Source of the DNA: a plasmid
Sequence record: NZ_CP049260.1
Length of the DNA: 64,000 nt
Reading direction: 5' to 3' (one strand)
Below, piece after piece: positions 21,883-32,546 of this stretch; positions within the stretch are counted from its first letter, which is position 1, and each line of letters starts with the position of its first letter. Under the pieces are notes generated by a model, which had not been told where the DNA came from, searched no databases, and saw only the letters and a list, made by a program, of their open reading frames with translations. The position numbers were made by a program, and so were the translations under genes.

Positions 21883-22756
21883 TGAGCTTTTCGAGTTCCG
21901 CCGCTACATAAGACTGAATACGCCCGCTGCGGCGTATCAGCCCCACGCTGCGCGTGACGACCGGATCGACCAGACGCAGCGGCACCAGAACGGAGTGCCC
22001 GGCGGCGGGCATTGACATCGCTGGTACCGCGGCGATGCCAATGCCGGCTTCCACCATGCCAAGCACCGTTGTGACATGGCGGGTTTCACAAATACTTGGA
22101 CGCGCGGGCGTAATGTGCCCCAGCGCCTGATCGAGCAGGGTACGGTTCCCGGAGACTTTATCCAGACTGATATAATCCTGCTCAAAATAGGCCTTCCAGG
22201 TGAGCTGCCCTTTTTTCGCGAGCGGATGATCGCGCCGACAGGCTGCCACGTAGACATCCTCCACCAGCGGCACAAACTCAATGTGCGGCGGCAGGTTTCT
22301 GCCAAAACAGATGCCGAAATCGGCCTGACCGCTGCTGACGGCGTCGATAACATTACCGACGCTGCTGTCGATGAGTTTGATGCGCACGCGCGGGTAGCGC
22401 GCCTGAAACTGACGGATAATGTCCGGCATAAAGTAATACGCGCCCGACGGCACCGTCGCGACGGTGACAAGCCCCGTGCGTTCCTGGCTCGCCTGCTGAA
22501 TATCCGCCAGCACCGCTTCGACATTCGCCAGCAGCTGTTCTGAGCGCTCGGCAAAACTCTGCCCGTAGAGCGTCAACGCCACGCGCCGGGTGGTGCGGTC
22601 AAAGAGCCGCGCGCCGAGCGCTGTCTCCAGCTTTTCAATGCGGCGGCTGAGCGCCGATTGCGACAGGCAGATGGACTCCGCCGCGAGCCGGAAACTGCCA
22701 TACTCCATTAATGCGCGAAACGCATAGATATCGTTCAGGTCAAAGTTCACAGGCAT
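21857..22756 (-). CDS. LysR-family transcriptional regulator.
   Basis: N-terminal HTH …DIYAFRALMEYGSFRLAAESICLSQSALSRRIEKLE… with a C-terminal LysR substrate domain. Confidence 0.85.
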   Translation of the reverse strand: MPVNFDLNDIYAFRALMEYGSFRLAAESICLSQSALSRRIEKLETALGARLFDRTTRRVALTLYGQSFAERSEQLLANVEAVLADIQQASQERTGLVTVATVPSGAYYFMPDIIRQFQARYPRVRIKLIDSSVGNVIDAVSSGQADFGICFGRNLPPHIEFVPLVEDVYVAACRRDHPLAKKGQLTWKAYFEQDYISLDKVSGNRTLLDQALGHITPARPSICETRHVTTVLGMVEAGIGIAAVPAMSMPAAGHSVLVPLRLVDPVVTRSVGLIRRSGRIQSYVAAELEKLITEQYPPA

Positions 22757-22891
22757 GGCAGCGGCATCCTTTCAGCGTCTCACAGCGATGTTATAAAGCG
22801 GCGTTTATCATTCACGCCTTTTATCATAGATGACGTGCGGGCGTTTCTGAAAGCCGATACCGTGAGGTGAGCCGCCTCAGCAGGCCATCGC

Positions 22892-23212
22892 TTACAAATG
22901 CTGCGCCTCGACGCCCTGGAGAATTTCTTTGATCTCGAAAAAATCATTCCAGAACGGCGTGTCGCGCAGCGCTTCGGTAAAGCCCTGCCAGACGGCATGG
23001 TTTGCGGCCTCCCAGATCCAGATATCGGAAATCCGCGCAGAGTAAAATTCGGTATCGAAATAGCGCAGCCTGAGCGCGCCCTCATATTGCGTGAGTAAAG
23101 GCGCAAGGTGCGTGGCGATATTACGCTGGCGTTCATCGGCGCTGGCATCAAGCCAGCTACGGTTGGCTTTCACCAGCATAAACAGCGTGACGGTCTCTGT
23201 TGCGGTATTCAT
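22892..23212 (-). CDS. Hypothetical small protein (about 107 aa).
   Basis: ATG at 23212. No recognised motif. Confidence 0.35.
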   Translation of the reverse strand: MNTATETVTLFMLVKANRSWLDASADERQRNIATHLAPLLTQYEGALRLRYFDTEFYSARISDIWIWEAANHAVWQGFTEALRDTPFWNDFFEIKEILQGVEAQHL

Positions 23213-23307
23213 AACGCTCTCCCTGAAAACTATTAATGCTTGTAGATGTTGTGTTAAGACGACGCCGTTATGATATCGGGACACGTTATATTCAGGGACT
23301 CGCGTTT

Positions 23308-23898
23308 ATGTATGCCATTCAGCCGCCGCTGACACCGCGTAAAGCGCCGCGCCAGGCGCGTTCACGCGCGCTGGTGGAGGCGATTATCGAGGCGACGGCT
23401 CGCATTTTCGAGCGCGAGGGCGCGGCGGCCTGCACGACGAATGCCGTCGCGGAAACCGCAGGCGTCAGCATCGGCTCGCTGTATCAGTATTTCCCGAACC
23501 GTCACGCCTTAACGGCGGCGCTGGTGGCGCGCGAACATGAATCGCTGCTTTCGGCCATGCAGCACGCAGCGGCGCGTCCCGATCCGGCGGATCGTCTTTC
23601 AGGCATGGTTGACGCAGCTGTGGATTATGAGTTTGCACGGCCCGCGCTTGCACGCACGCTGGATTTGCAGGAGGCAGCGCCGGAATTTCAGGCGCATCAG
23701 CAGGCGATGCTGACAGCACTTCACCGCTGTGTTGCAACGGCGCTTGAAGAGAGTGAGACCACGGCATGGGATGTCATCGCGCTGGTGCAGGGCATGATCG
23801 CGATGGCCATCGCGCGAGGCGAGAGCTCGCCGGCTGCGCTGAAGTGCCGCATTCACCGCGCCGCCTTTGGTTATCTCGGCTGGGCTGTGCCTGATTAA
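23308..23898 (+). CDS. TetR-family transcriptional regulator.
   Basis: ATG at 23308. HTH …ARSRALVEAIIEATARIFEREGAAACTTNAVAETAGVSIGSLYQYFPNRHAL…. Confidence 0.8.
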   Translation: MYAIQPPLTPRKAPRQARSRALVEAIIEATARIFEREGAAACTTNAVAETAGVSIGSLYQYFPNRHALTAALVAREHESLLSAMQHAAARPDPADRLSGMVDAAVDYEFARPALARTLDLQEAAPEFQAHQQAMLTALHRCVATALEESETTAWDVIALVQGMIAMAIARGESSPAALKCRIHRAAFGYLGWAVPD

Positions 23899-23919
23899 GC
23901 ACTTAATAAAGGAGAGAAT

Positions 23920-24231
23920 ATGATAGTCAGAACCTGGCATGGCTGCGTGCCGCTGGAACACGCCGACGGCTTTGCCGCGCATTTACAGAAAACCGGCGTG
24001 GAGCATTCGCAGCGCACCGCCGGTAACCGTGGCGCGTTTGTCCGTCAGGAAATACAGGGCGACCGGGCGCATTTTTTCCTGGCAACCTACTGGGAAGATC
24101 TGAACGCCGTTAAGGCGTTTGCCGGTGAGGATTATCAGGTGGCGGTAACGTACCCTGACGATGAACAGTTTGAGCTGCTCTCCGATCCGTGGGTGTTTCA
24201 GCATGACGTTGAGACCATTGCGGCGCTGTAA
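23920..24231 (+). CDS. ABM-domain (antibiotic-biosynthesis-monooxygenase-like) small protein.
   Basis: 103 aa with a ferredoxin-like ABM pattern. Lies immediately downstream of the TetR gene with a ribosome-binding site (AAGGAGAGAATATG). Confidence 0.45.
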   Translation: MIVRTWHGCVPLEHADGFAAHLQKTGVEHSQRTAGNRGAFVRQEIQGDRAHFFLATYWEDLNAVKAFAGEDYQVAVTYPDDEQFELLSDPWVFQHDVETIAAL

Positions 24232-24265
24232 TCCATTCTTTTCGCCGCGTTGTACTGATAAGCGG

Positions 24266-25006
24266 TCAGCGGCCATTCACCGGTGAGACCGCCATAAAAT
24301 GGCTGGCGAGTGTGCCATTCTCAAGCCGGTGCACCATCAGCGCGGGCGGATCGAAGACCGCAGGCACGTGCGCGCCACCCAGCCATAACGGGTTCGCCGG
24401 GCAGACCGAACCGCAGATGTAAGCCGGAATACCGGCCAGCATTCCCGCTGCCGGACGGTGAACGTGCCCTGTGGCAATCGCGAGCGGCGTTGCCGGGTGA
24501 TGGCGCAGCAGTGCGCCGAGCGCCTGCGCGTCGCGGCACGCCGCCGTATCCATCGACGGAATGCCGCTCATAAAGACATGGTGATGCAGAAACAGCAGCG
24601 TCTGTCGCCCGTCAGCTTCATCCAGCTGACGCGCCAGCCAGTCGAGATGCGCGGCCACGCTGCCCGCCGCACTTCCATCCACGGTAGAATCCAGTCCAAT
24701 CACGCGAAGCGCAGGCGTATCCACAACCACATGCAGCGGCCCTTCCTGCGCCAGCGAAGGCCAGACCGCGCGCATGGCGGCGCAGTCATCAGAATTTCCC
24801 GGCAGGATAAGCGTCCGGCAGGGCAATGTTTCCAGCCGCGCCGCAATGGCGCTATAACCGTCGCGCCAGTGGTCGTCGGTGAGATCGCCGCTTATCACCA
24901 GCACATCGGGTTCGAGCGGCGTAAGCCACGCCAGGGAGTTGTCAAAACGCGCCAGATTATCGTTATCCGGTGCGGCGTGAATATCTGAAAGCTGCGCGAT
25001 TATCAA
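24266..25006 (-). CDS. Metallophosphoesterase (calcineurin-like phosphodiesterase, CpdA/GpdQ-like).
   Basis: Motifs LSDIH, GDLTDD, GNSDD and GHVH. Confidence 0.75.
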   Translation of the reverse strand: MIIAQLSDIHAAPDNDNLARFDNSLAWLTPLEPDVLVISGDLTDDHWRDGYSAIAARLETLPCRTLILPGNSDDCAAMRAVWPSLAQEGPLHVVVDTPALRVIGLDSTVDGSAAGSVAAHLDWLARQLDEADGRQTLLFLHHHVFMSGIPSMDTAACRDAQALGALLRHHPATPLAIATGHVHRPAAGMLAGIPAYICGSVCPANPLWLGGAHVPAVFDPPALMVHRLENGTLASHFMAVSPVNGR

Positions 25007-25078
25007 GAATTGCTCTTCTGTCTTATCGGTTTGGCCGTGAAATGATGATAGAAGAGGGAGGGGAAAGGTGTCACAAAG

Positions 25079-25116
25079 AAAAAAGCCAGCCGAAGTGAGA
25101 GACGGGCTGGCTTTTA
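25079..25116 (-). terminator. Rho-independent terminator for the ycgZ-ymgA-ariR operon (minus strand).
   Basis: AGCCAGCC…GGCTGGCT stem followed, on the minus strand, by a T-run. Confidence 0.6.
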
Positions 25117-25139
25117 AAAGAAGGAATACAACGTCAGGA

Positions 25140-25418
25140 TCAGATGTCGTCTACGGTATGGTCGACAACGATTTCCAGCGTTTTGCGCACGACGTCAGCC
25201 ATCACCACGTCATCCGTGGTTTCCAGCACGCCAATGAGCTGCAGAATAATCGCTTTATGGGTCAGGTGACCGTCGGTCGCAAGAATGTTGCTCACAACCG
25301 CGCCCAGCAGTGCGGCTTCCTGCGCCAGCATATCGCCGGCGTTACGAAAGTATTCAGACAGTGCCGTGTCGGGCAGATCCGCCTGTAAATCAATGGGGTT
25401 AAGCATCACCTGGCTCAT
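25140..25418 (-). CDS. ariR: YmgB/AriR-family biofilm and acid-resistance connector protein.
   Basis: 92 aa, clearly homologous to E. coli AriR (…SEYFRNAGDMLAQEAALLGAVV…KAIILQLIGVLETTDDVVMADVVRKTLEIV…). Confidence 0.8.
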   Translation of the reverse strand: MSQVMLNPIDLQADLPDTALSEYFRNAGDMLAQEAALLGAVVSNILATDGHLTHKAIILQLIGVLETTDDVVMADVVRKTLEIVVDHTVDDI

Positions 25419-25456
25419 GTACTGGCACCGTTTTAATTGAAAGTTGCTGAATGTAG

Positions 25457-25756
25457 TCAGTGTTTTTTACTACCATCCGGCGAGGCACTCTCGCCAAACA
25501 GTGAATGGACGTTATCGCCGCTCCATTCTTTACGCTCACGCGCGCCATTGCGCCGTCCGGAAACCGTGGTCGCGCTGATCTCTGCAATAACGCGGGCAAT
25601 AGCCTCGCGCCGGTGAGGATCAGACTCACTGGTTTCCATCGAGCGCAGACGCGCAATCAGTACCCGCATATTGATCGGGCCTTTTTCTCTCAGAAGAGAC
25701 AGAACCGCCTCTCCTATAATTTCATCTGTCAGTTGATCTTTTTCACTTCTGTTCAT
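25457..25756 (-). CDS. ymgA: YmgA-like connector protein.
   Basis: ATG at 25756, about 99 aa, collinear with E. coli YmgA and sitting between the ycgZ-like and ariR-like genes. Confidence 0.6.
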   Translation of the reverse strand: MNRSEKDQLTDEIIGEAVLSLLREKGPINMRVLIARLRSMETSESDPHRREAIARVIAEISATTVSGRRNGARERKEWSGDNVHSLFGESASPDGSKKH

Positions 25757-25925
25757 AAATGCGTCTCTGAATGCCGCATGTCCCGCGCCACACGCGCGGG
25801 ATACAACTTCTTTCCGGTGGCGTCCTGCCACTGAAAATTGTCAGGCTGTGCTAAGGCCTGCCATATCCCTCCGCCACAATTGTCTTAATCATCAGGAAAC
25901 GGTTCGGTGAAAGAACGCCCTGGTG

Positions 25926-26165
25926 TTAGCGATCGAAAAGCAGACCGATCAGCGTTTGATAGTGACTTTCTTCTTCAACGCTGGACGCCATTTCAAGACG
26001 ACTAAGCAATTTGGTGCAAATACTTTTTTTATTCAGGAGACGACCATCGCGCAGGATCTCTACGACGATTTGCCCTAATGTTTCTTGCTGAGTCGGCAGA
26101 GCCGCTTTATCAAAGTATCGGGCAATGGCATTAGCTGTATCCGGAATGTAACCGTTCTGACGCAT
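25926..26165 (-). CDS. ycgZ: YcgZ-like connector protein.
   Basis: 79 aa. …ITRYF.KA.L.TQQETLG.IV.EIL.DGR.L…C..LL.RLE… matches E. coli YcgZ. Confidence 0.65.
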   Translation of the reverse strand: MRQNGYIPDTANAIARYFDKAALPTQQETLGQIVVEILRDGRLLNKKSICTKLLSRLEMASSVEEESHYQTLIGLLFDR

Positions 26166-26562
26166 ATGTCACTCCTGTTAAAATTTCGTAACTACGCAAG
26201 GAATAGTTAGCAGTATACTAATTACGTGAATCTTGTACACCGTTATTGTATAAGTTCGCGATCTTTTTTTGCGCAAATAATAACTAGTTCATTAATTTCA
26301 TGTGGTTACAGTAAAATTTATTTTTAGCTTTTGGTCTGAAATTGTACTGATTATGCATCCTGGCGTGCAAAATATGCCGTTTTGCCTTGTACAAGGCGGG
26401 ATGGACGTAACCATTTTGTAAAAACCTGTACAGAAACCCACCTGAGCCTCAGTCGCTAAAATCCTTACTTGACTCATTATTTGTCTCTTTATAGACATCA
26501 CTGCAAGACGCCCGGCAGGTCATCTGTTAAGGTGGCTGCTTATTCACCTATTCACAGGATGC

Positions 26563-27783
26563 ATGATGCTCACAACCATAATTTATCGCAGCCATATCTG
26601 CGACGACGTTCCGGTCACCGTGCTGGAAGAGATGGTGGATGCAGCGAATAACAAAAATGGCCAGGCCGACGTGACCGGCATTCTGCTCTTTAACGGCCGC
26701 CACTTTTTCCAGCTGCTGGAAGGCCCGGAAGAAGGGGTGAAAGCTATCTATCGCGCCATTTGCGCGGATACGCGTCATTACAATCTGGTGGAGCTGCTGT
26801 GCGACTACGCGCCGTCGCGTCGCTTCGGTAAATCGGGTATGGAACTCTTTGATTTACGGGATTATGAGCGTGACGAAGTGCTCCAGCATGTGCTGGATAA
26901 AGGCACGTCGAAATATCAGCTGGTGTACGGCGACCGCGCGCTGCAGTTCTTCCAGACGTTTGTCGAAGCCACTGAAAAAGAAAACTATTTTGAGATCCCG
27001 CCGGGTGACAGCTGGGATTTCATCATCGAAGACGACGGCGTTCAGGCGCCCGCGTCTGTCAGCGCGCGTACCGATTGTACCTTCGCGTTTCAGCCGATTA
27101 TCGACCCGCTCTCCCGGGAAGTGGTCTCGCTGGAGGCGCTGCTGCGTACCCCTGACGGCGCGCCGCCGCAGACGTTTTTTGAAGGTCTGGAAGGCGAAGC
27201 GCTGTATGAGGCCGATCTGAAGAGCAAGAAAACGGCGTTTGAAATCGCCGGCGCGCTGAATATTGGCCAGCAGACGCTGTGCGTAAACCTGCAGCCGATG
27301 ACCCTGGTGAAAATCCCTGGCGCGGTGGAGTTTCTGGTACAGGAGATCCACGCCAACGGGCTGGTGCCGGATCAGGTGATTGTTGAGTTTACCGAAAGCG
27401 AAGTGATTTCCCGTCTCGATGAGTTTACCGGTGCGATTCGCCAGCTCAAAGCGGCGGGGCTGCGCGTGGCGATTGACCACTTTGGTGCCGGTTTCGCCGG
27501 GCTGTTGCTGCTGGCGCAGTTCCAGCCAGACCGCATCAAAATCAACCGCGAGCTTATTCGCGATGTGCATAAGAGTGGCCCGCGACAGGCCATTGTGCAG
27601 GCGCTGATCAAATGCTGCGCGTCGCTGGAAATCGCGATTTCTGCCGTGGGCGTGGAGAAAGCCGAAGAGTGGATGTGGCTCGAATCCGCAGGCATTACGC
27701 TCTTCCAGGGGCATCTTTTCGCAAAACCAGCGCTCGGTGGCATTCCTGCCGTCGCCTGGCCTGAAAAAAAGTTCGGCTTGTAA
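26563..27783 (+). CDS. bluF: BLUF-EAL blue-light-regulated c-di-GMP phosphodiesterase (BluF/YcgF family), closest to Klebsiella BlrP1.
   Basis: N-terminal BLUF domain (MLTTIIYRSHI…GILLFNGRHFFQLLEGPEE) plus an EAL domain with an intact EALLR motif and …DHFGAGFAGLLLL…QPDRIKI…. Near collinear with BlrP1. Confidence 0.85.
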   Translation: MMLTTIIYRSHICDDVPVTVLEEMVDAANNKNGQADVTGILLFNGRHFFQLLEGPEEGVKAIYRAICADTRHYNLVELLCDYAPSRRFGKSGMELFDLRDYERDEVLQHVLDKGTSKYQLVYGDRALQFFQTFVEATEKENYFEIPPGDSWDFIIEDDGVQAPASVSARTDCTFAFQPIIDPLSREVVSLEALLRTPDGAPPQTFFEGLEGEALYEADLKSKKTAFEIAGALNIGQQTLCVNLQPMTLVKIPGAVEFLVQEIHANGLVPDQVIVEFTESEVISRLDEFTGAIRQLKAAGLRVAIDHFGAGFAGLLLLAQFQPDRIKINRELIRDVHKSGPRQAIVQALIKCCASLEIAISAVGVEKAEEWMWLESAGITLFQGHLFAKPALGGIPAVAWPEKKFGL

Positions 27784-28017
27784 CGGTTTGACCTTCTCTC
27801 GGGCGCATGTCAAAGCCGCATGCGCCATCTCTCTGTGATTTAATGCATTTTATGTACACTTTTTTGTTGCCCGCAGCACGTTGAATTCATACCCTTATCA
27901 ACCAGACGGCTCTTAAATTAACTTCACGGTTGTACAATTATTAAAAATTGTACAAGCTAAGGGGAGTTAACTTTTTGAGAGATTCCTGTGTCGGTTTTGA
28001 TCGTGAGTGAAGATCCT

Positions 28018-28761
28018 ATGGCGTTTTACAGCATTGGCGAGATAGCAGAACGGTGCGGGATCAACCCCGTGACGCTACGCGCCTGGCAGCGGCGCTATGG
28101 CCTGCTAAAACCTCAACGCAGCGAAGGCGGCCACCGCCAGTTTGATGAAGATGACATTCAGCGTATCGAAGAGATTAAACGCTGGATCAAAAGCGGCGTG
28201 CCGGTCGGCAAAGTGAAAGCGCTGCTGGATAAAGATGTCGTGGTGGGGCCGGAAGCGTGGAATGTGGTGCAGGAAGAGATGATGGGCGTGGTGCGCCAGG
28301 CGCGGCCGGCGACGCTGCGAGCCAAAATCACCGCGCTGGTGCGTGAAAACGCCGTGGACGGGCTTATCGATAACGTCTTTCTGCCGGTACGCCATCGGTT
28401 AAGCCTCGATCAATACACCGCACCGTCGATGCGCAGCATGATGGATGGCGCGCTTATCGAATACGCCACGCTGTTTCTGGCCGAAGCGCGCAAAAAAACC
28501 ACCAAAGAAGCGCTGCTGATGGGCTGGGGCAATGTGGATCGCGCCCGCCTGTGGCTGGAAGCCTGCCGTCTGGCGCACCAGGGCTGGCATATTGATTTAC
28601 TCGCCGAGCCGCTCGATTTGCCGCACCCGGAGCTCTTTCCCAATCAGCACTTTTTCGTCTGGACTGACGAGCCGCTGAACGCTGAGCAGCAGGAGCGCGC
28701 CGCGCACTGGAAGGCGCAGGGTTACGCCATTACTTTCCTGACCGGGAATAAATCCGCGTAA
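28018..28761 (+). CDS. bluR: MerR-family regulator BluR/YcgE-like.
   Basis: ATG at 28018. MerR HTH …[27 protein letters not shown]… with a long C-terminal domain. Lies next to bluF, as in E. coli ycgE-ycgF. Confidence 0.75.
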   Translation: MAFYSIGEIAERCGINPVTLRAWQRRYGLLKPQRSEGGHRQFDEDDIQRIEEIKRWIKSGVPVGKVKALLDKDVVVGPEAWNVVQEEMMGVVRQARPATLRAKITALVRENAVDGLIDNVFLPVRHRLSLDQYTAPSMRSMMDGALIEYATLFLAEARKKTTKEALLMGWGNVDRARLWLEACRLAHQGWHIDLLAEPLDLPHPELFPNQHFFVWTDEPLNAEQQERAAHWKAQGYAITFLTGNKSA

Positions 28762-28792
28762 GGGTAAACATGTCGGTCATTCACTGAACCGC

Positions 28793-28823
28793 AAAAAGCC
28801 CGGCACCGGCCGGACTTTTTGTT
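28793..28823. terminator. Bidirectional stem-loop between the convergent bluR and MCP genes.
   Basis: AAAAAGCCCGGCACCGGCCGGACTTTTTG: a GC stem flanked by A- and T-runs. Confidence 0.55.
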
Positions 28824-28839
28824 GCGCTTAGAACAGCGC

Positions 28840-30750
28840 TCAGAACGTTTCCCAGCTTCCCGCGCCATCGACAGCCAGCGTCCTTGAAGCAACCATCGCC
28901 GGTCTCGCGACTGGTTTTTTCACAATGGCGTCGCCCAGTTTGAAGCGCGAGATAAGCTGCGACAGTTCGCCCGCCTGCTGTTCGAGCGACGCGGCGGCGG
29001 CAGAAGATTCCTGTACCAGCGCGGCGTTCTGTTGCGTGGTGGAATCCAGTTCGCTGACGGCCTTGCTTATCTGGTCGATACCGCGGCTCTGCTCATCCGA
29101 AGCGTGAGAGATTTCCGTCATGATCCCGCTGACGCCCTCGACGGAGGAGACGATATCCTTCATGGTGGCACCCGCTTTGTTGGCCATTGCAGAGCCGGAA
29201 CTGACGCGGTCTACCGATTCCTGAATCAGGCTTTCAATCTCTTTCGCCGCCTGCGCGCTGCGGCTCGCCAGCGTTCTGACTTCACCGGCGACTACCGCGA
29301 ACCCGCGACCCTGTTCGCCCGCCCGGGCGGCTTCCACAGCGGCATTCAGCGCCAGAATATTGGTCTGGAAGGAGATGCCATTGATGACGGTGATGATATC
29401 TTTGATCTTGTTCGAGCTGTCGGTAATGGTCTGCATGGTTTCGACCACATCCCAGACAATTTGCCCGCCGCTGCGCGCATTCTGCGCGGCGGTGTTCGCC
29501 AGCGTGCTGGCCTCGCGGGCGTTATCGGCATTACGTTTCACGGTTGAGGTTAACTCTTCCATGCTGGCCGCAGTTTCCACGACGGCTGCCGACTGCTCTT
29601 CGGTACGCGACGCCAGATCGGTGTTGCCGATGGAAATCTGTGAAGACGCCGAGGCGACATACACCACTGACTCTTTAATCTGGGTAATCAGCTCACGCAG
29701 TCTCAGGTTCATGATCGCCATCGCGGCGCTCAGACGGCCCAGTTCATCGGTGGAGCTCGCTTCAATCTCCGCCGTCAGATCGCCTGCGGCGATACGCTCG
29801 GCAACGCTCAGGTTATAGCGGATTTGCGAGGTCATCTGACGCGTAATCAGCCAGGCGATGAAGAGGCCGATAACCACCGAGCAGAGCGCGACAATCAGCA
29901 CGATATAGATAACATGGGCGATTTTGGCACTGCTTTTATCCGCCTGAAGCTGCGCCAGCTCTGCGGTGGCGCTATTGAGCTTGTCGGCAACAAGCGTCAT
30001 GTTATCCGCGCCGCCTTTCGCGTTTTTCAGCGCGAGGCTGTAGGCATTGACCGCGCTGTCGAGTGTACTGAACGCTGACTGCAGCGCGGTAACGGAACCC
30101 GCGAGAGGGGAGGTGGCGTCACTGTTGAGGCTGGCGAGTAAAGCACGCGCCTGCTGTGTGTCAGCCGTAAATTGCTGCTGCCCGCTGACGCCGCGTGATG
30201 AAACGACAACGCCCGCGTCTGAGCGAATTTTCTCAATAAAATAGAGCAGATTAGCGCTGCTTTTCGACAGTGACTCGCTGTTACGCAAGGTTTTCGTGAC
30301 TTCATCAAAAACGGGCTGTTGGGCTGCGGCCAACACGTTTTTGCTCTGCTCAATGCTGGCGCTTTCAAGGCTGATAAAATTGCTGCGCGCCTCGCTGTAC
30401 TCTTTTACCCGTGAGCCCAGCGCCTCAAATAACACACCAGCGTCTTGTTCCCAGGTAAATTTATCGCCTTCTTTGATTTTTTCCGCCATTTTATTAATGG
30501 CATCCAGATTGGCCTGAGCCGCTTTATCGTCATGGGTTAACTGATAAGTGAGGCGGTTGCGTCTGGCGGTATTGAGATCGTTATTAATCTGATTAACCAG
30601 TTGCTCTTTATCAGAATGCTCGCTGATAGCCGAAAGCTGTTTAATATTAATGGCAGAGGAGATGATGATAACGCCAACTAATACTGAAAAACCGCCAAAT
30701 AATTTCGCTGCTACGGAAAGATTTTTAAAAATACCGGGTTTGCCTGTCAT
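28840..30750 (-). CDS. Methyl-accepting chemotaxis protein with a periplasmic helical (4HB/HBM-type) sensor, HAMP and MCP signalling domain.
   Basis: 636 aa with two TM segments flanking an about 270-aa periplasmic domain, a HAMP domain and the conserved MCP signalling hairpin (…[24 protein letters not shown]…). Confidence 0.85.
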   Translation of the reverse strand: MTGKPGIFKNLSVAAKLFGGFSVLVGVIIISSAINIKQLSAISEHSDKEQLVNQINNDLNTARRNRLTYQLTHDDKAAQANLDAINKMAEKIKEGDKFTWEQDAGVLFEALGSRVKEYSEARSNFISLESASIEQSKNVLAAAQQPVFDEVTKTLRNSESLSKSSANLLYFIEKIRSDAGVVVSSRGVSGQQQFTADTQQARALLASLNSDATSPLAGSVTALQSAFSTLDSAVNAYSLALKNAKGGADNMTLVADKLNSATAELAQLQADKSSAKIAHVIYIVLIVALCSVVIGLFIAWLITRQMTSQIRYNLSVAERIAAGDLTAEIEASSTDELGRLSAAMAIMNLRLRELITQIKESVVYVASASSQISIGNTDLASRTEEQSAAVVETAASMEELTSTVKRNADNAREASTLANTAAQNARSGGQIVWDVVETMQTITDSSNKIKDIITVINGISFQTNILALNAAVEAARAGEQGRGFAVVAGEVRTLASRSAQAAKEIESLIQESVDRVSSGSAMANKAGATMKDIVSSVEGVSGIMTEISHASDEQSRGIDQISKAVSELDSTTQQNAALVQESSAAAASLEQQAGELSQLISRFKLGDAIVKKPVARPAMVASRTLAVDGAGSWETF

Positions 30751-31182
30751 TGTTGATTCCTCAGCTGCTCATCATACTGATATCACCCGTTCCGACGACG
30801 CCTTTGGGCGCGCCGCAAGCGTGCGCGTGCTTTTAACGCGTCGGGCCAGTTATGGTCTGTTTAATCCATAAGTGTTATCGGCAGGTTATTAGTGTTTATG
30901 CAGGATATATCTTTAATCTTTTTTACGTTTCAGATAAATCAATGGGTTGGTTATTTTTCTTATTCTGTGTTTGTGACGAAACTAACAATTTGAGAACGCT
31001 GTGGCGTTATTTTTTAATGCTTTTCATAATAACCATAAGCCTGCTCAGAATATTACCTTGTGGCGGATTTATTAGCAGGCTAATTCAGCTGAGAAAACAT
31101 CCGATAAAAAGCTTTTGAGGACAAATGGCGCTGCGCCTGGCGGGTAAACTGGAGACGCATTCATTATTCATTCGAGGTGGAT

Positions 31183-31569
31183 ATGTCTTTTACTCATATG
31201 CGTATCGCAAGGCCAGTCACCAGCCTGGAAACTTCTTTCCGGCTCTGGTCGCAGGGGCTCGGCCTTGTACGACTGGGAGAATTTACCGATCACGCAGGCT
31301 TCAGCGGCGTGATGCTGGGGCGCAAGGATTTGCCCTGGCACCTGGAATTTACGGTATGCCTCGATAGTCCTGTTATACCGTCGCCCGGCCATGAAGATCT
31401 GCTGGTGCTCTATTACCCTGAGCACGACGAACGGCAGCGCGTATGCCGCTCGCTTGAAGAAGTTGGGTTTATCCGCACGCCTTCTTTTAACCCTTACTGG
31501 GATATCAACGGGCAAACCTGGATGGACCATGATGGTTACCGGGTGGTGGTGCAAAATCAGGCGTGGTAA
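31183..31569 (+). CDS. VOC-family (glyoxalase-like) protein.
   Basis: About 128 aa with a VOC-like sequence. The start is ambiguous (GTG 31177, ATG 31183 or ATG 31198). Confidence 0.45.
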   Translation: MSFTHMRIARPVTSLETSFRLWSQGLGLVRLGEFTDHAGFSGVMLGRKDLPWHLEFTVCLDSPVIPSPGHEDLLVLYYPEHDERQRVCRSLEEVGFIRTPSFNPYWDINGQTWMDHDGYRVVVQNQAW

Positions 31570-31605
31570 GCGTTCTGCGCTGTCGCATCAGTAATCAGTC
31601 ACACA

Positions 31606-32121
31606 CTAAAGCGATAACCTCATGGCGCACCGGCTGTCACGCGCAAAGCCGTGCGCGGCTTCTTCATCAAGCAGACGTGCCAGCGCGTCCGGCATATCTG
31701 CTTCTGAAATCACGCTAAACCCCAGACGCGCATAAAACGGCTGATTCCACGGCACGTTCCGGAAGGTGGTAAGCGTCAGCGCGGTGAGCTGTTTTTCCCG
31801 TGCATGGCGAATGGCGTCGGCCATCAGCCTTTTCCCAAGCCCCATTCCCTGACAATCGCGCTTTACCGCCACGCCCAGAATGTGCAGCGCGCCGTCAATA
31901 TAATCGCCGTTAATAAACCCGACGGGAGCGTCATTCGCATTGACCACCACGGCGGAATAGCCGCGCTCACACAACCGGCGATGTAAATCGTCGTGCTGAA
32001 CGCCATCGGTCGCTACCCAGGCGAGCGCCGGGATCGTCTCAAAGGCGCTGTCTGCCGAGCGCTCAATGGCTGCCAGGCTTGCGATATCGTTGATTACGGT
32101 CTTTCTGATTCTAAATGTCAT
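31606..32121 (-). CDS. GNAT-family N-acetyltransferase.
   Basis: 171 aa with acetyl-CoA-binding motif …RDCQGMGLGKRLMADAI…. Confidence 0.75.
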   Translation of the reverse strand: MTFRIRKTVINDIASLAAIERSADSAFETIPALAWVATDGVQHDDLHRRLCERGYSAVVVNANDAPVGFINGDYIDGALHILGVAVKRDCQGMGLGKRLMADAIRHAREKQLTALTLTTFRNVPWNQPFYARLGFSVISEADMPDALARLLDEEAAHGFARDSRCAMRLSL

Positions 32122-32222
32122 TTCGGGCTCCCTGTTATGCCGTATCCATATTTCGCCCGCGGGCGAAGCATCGTTTCTTCATCACTTTACACTGCAACAA
32201 CATTCCGTGATGGAGAAAGCCC

Positions 32223-32546
32223 ATGATAGCCGTTTTATTTGAAGCGCAGGCGCTGCCGGAGGCGCAGCAACGTTATTTTGAACTCGCCGCCGCCCTGAAG
32301 CCGCTGCTGGCGGATGTGCCAGGTTTTATCGACCTTGAGCGCTTTCAGAGCCTTACCGCGCCCGAGAGAATTCTCTCGCTCTCCTGGTGGGAAAGCGAAG
32401 CGGCGGTGCGGGCGTGGAAAGGCAACCTGATGCATCAGGCCGCGCAGCAGGAAGGACGGGAACATATTTTTGCCCATTATCGTATCCGCGTGGCGCAGGT
32501 GCTCCGCGACTATTCCTCTGAGACAAAGGATAACTCACATGTATGA
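32223..32546 (+). CDS. ABM-domain monooxygenase-like protein.
   Basis: 107 aa with a ferredoxin-like ABM pattern (…[28 protein letters not shown]…). Confidence 0.55.
   Translation: MIAVLFEAQALPEAQQRYFELAAALKPLLADVPGFIDLERFQSLTAPERILSLSWWESEAAVRAWKGNLMHQAAQQEGREHIFAHYRIRVAQVLRDYSSETKDNSHV

Noticed and set aside
30852-31118. 88-aa ORF in the AT-rich spacer upstream of the chemotaxis receptor gene.
   Set aside because: Low-complexity, Phe/Leu/Ile-rich translation of AT-rich promoter DNA. No ribosome-binding site. Likely non-coding promoter region.
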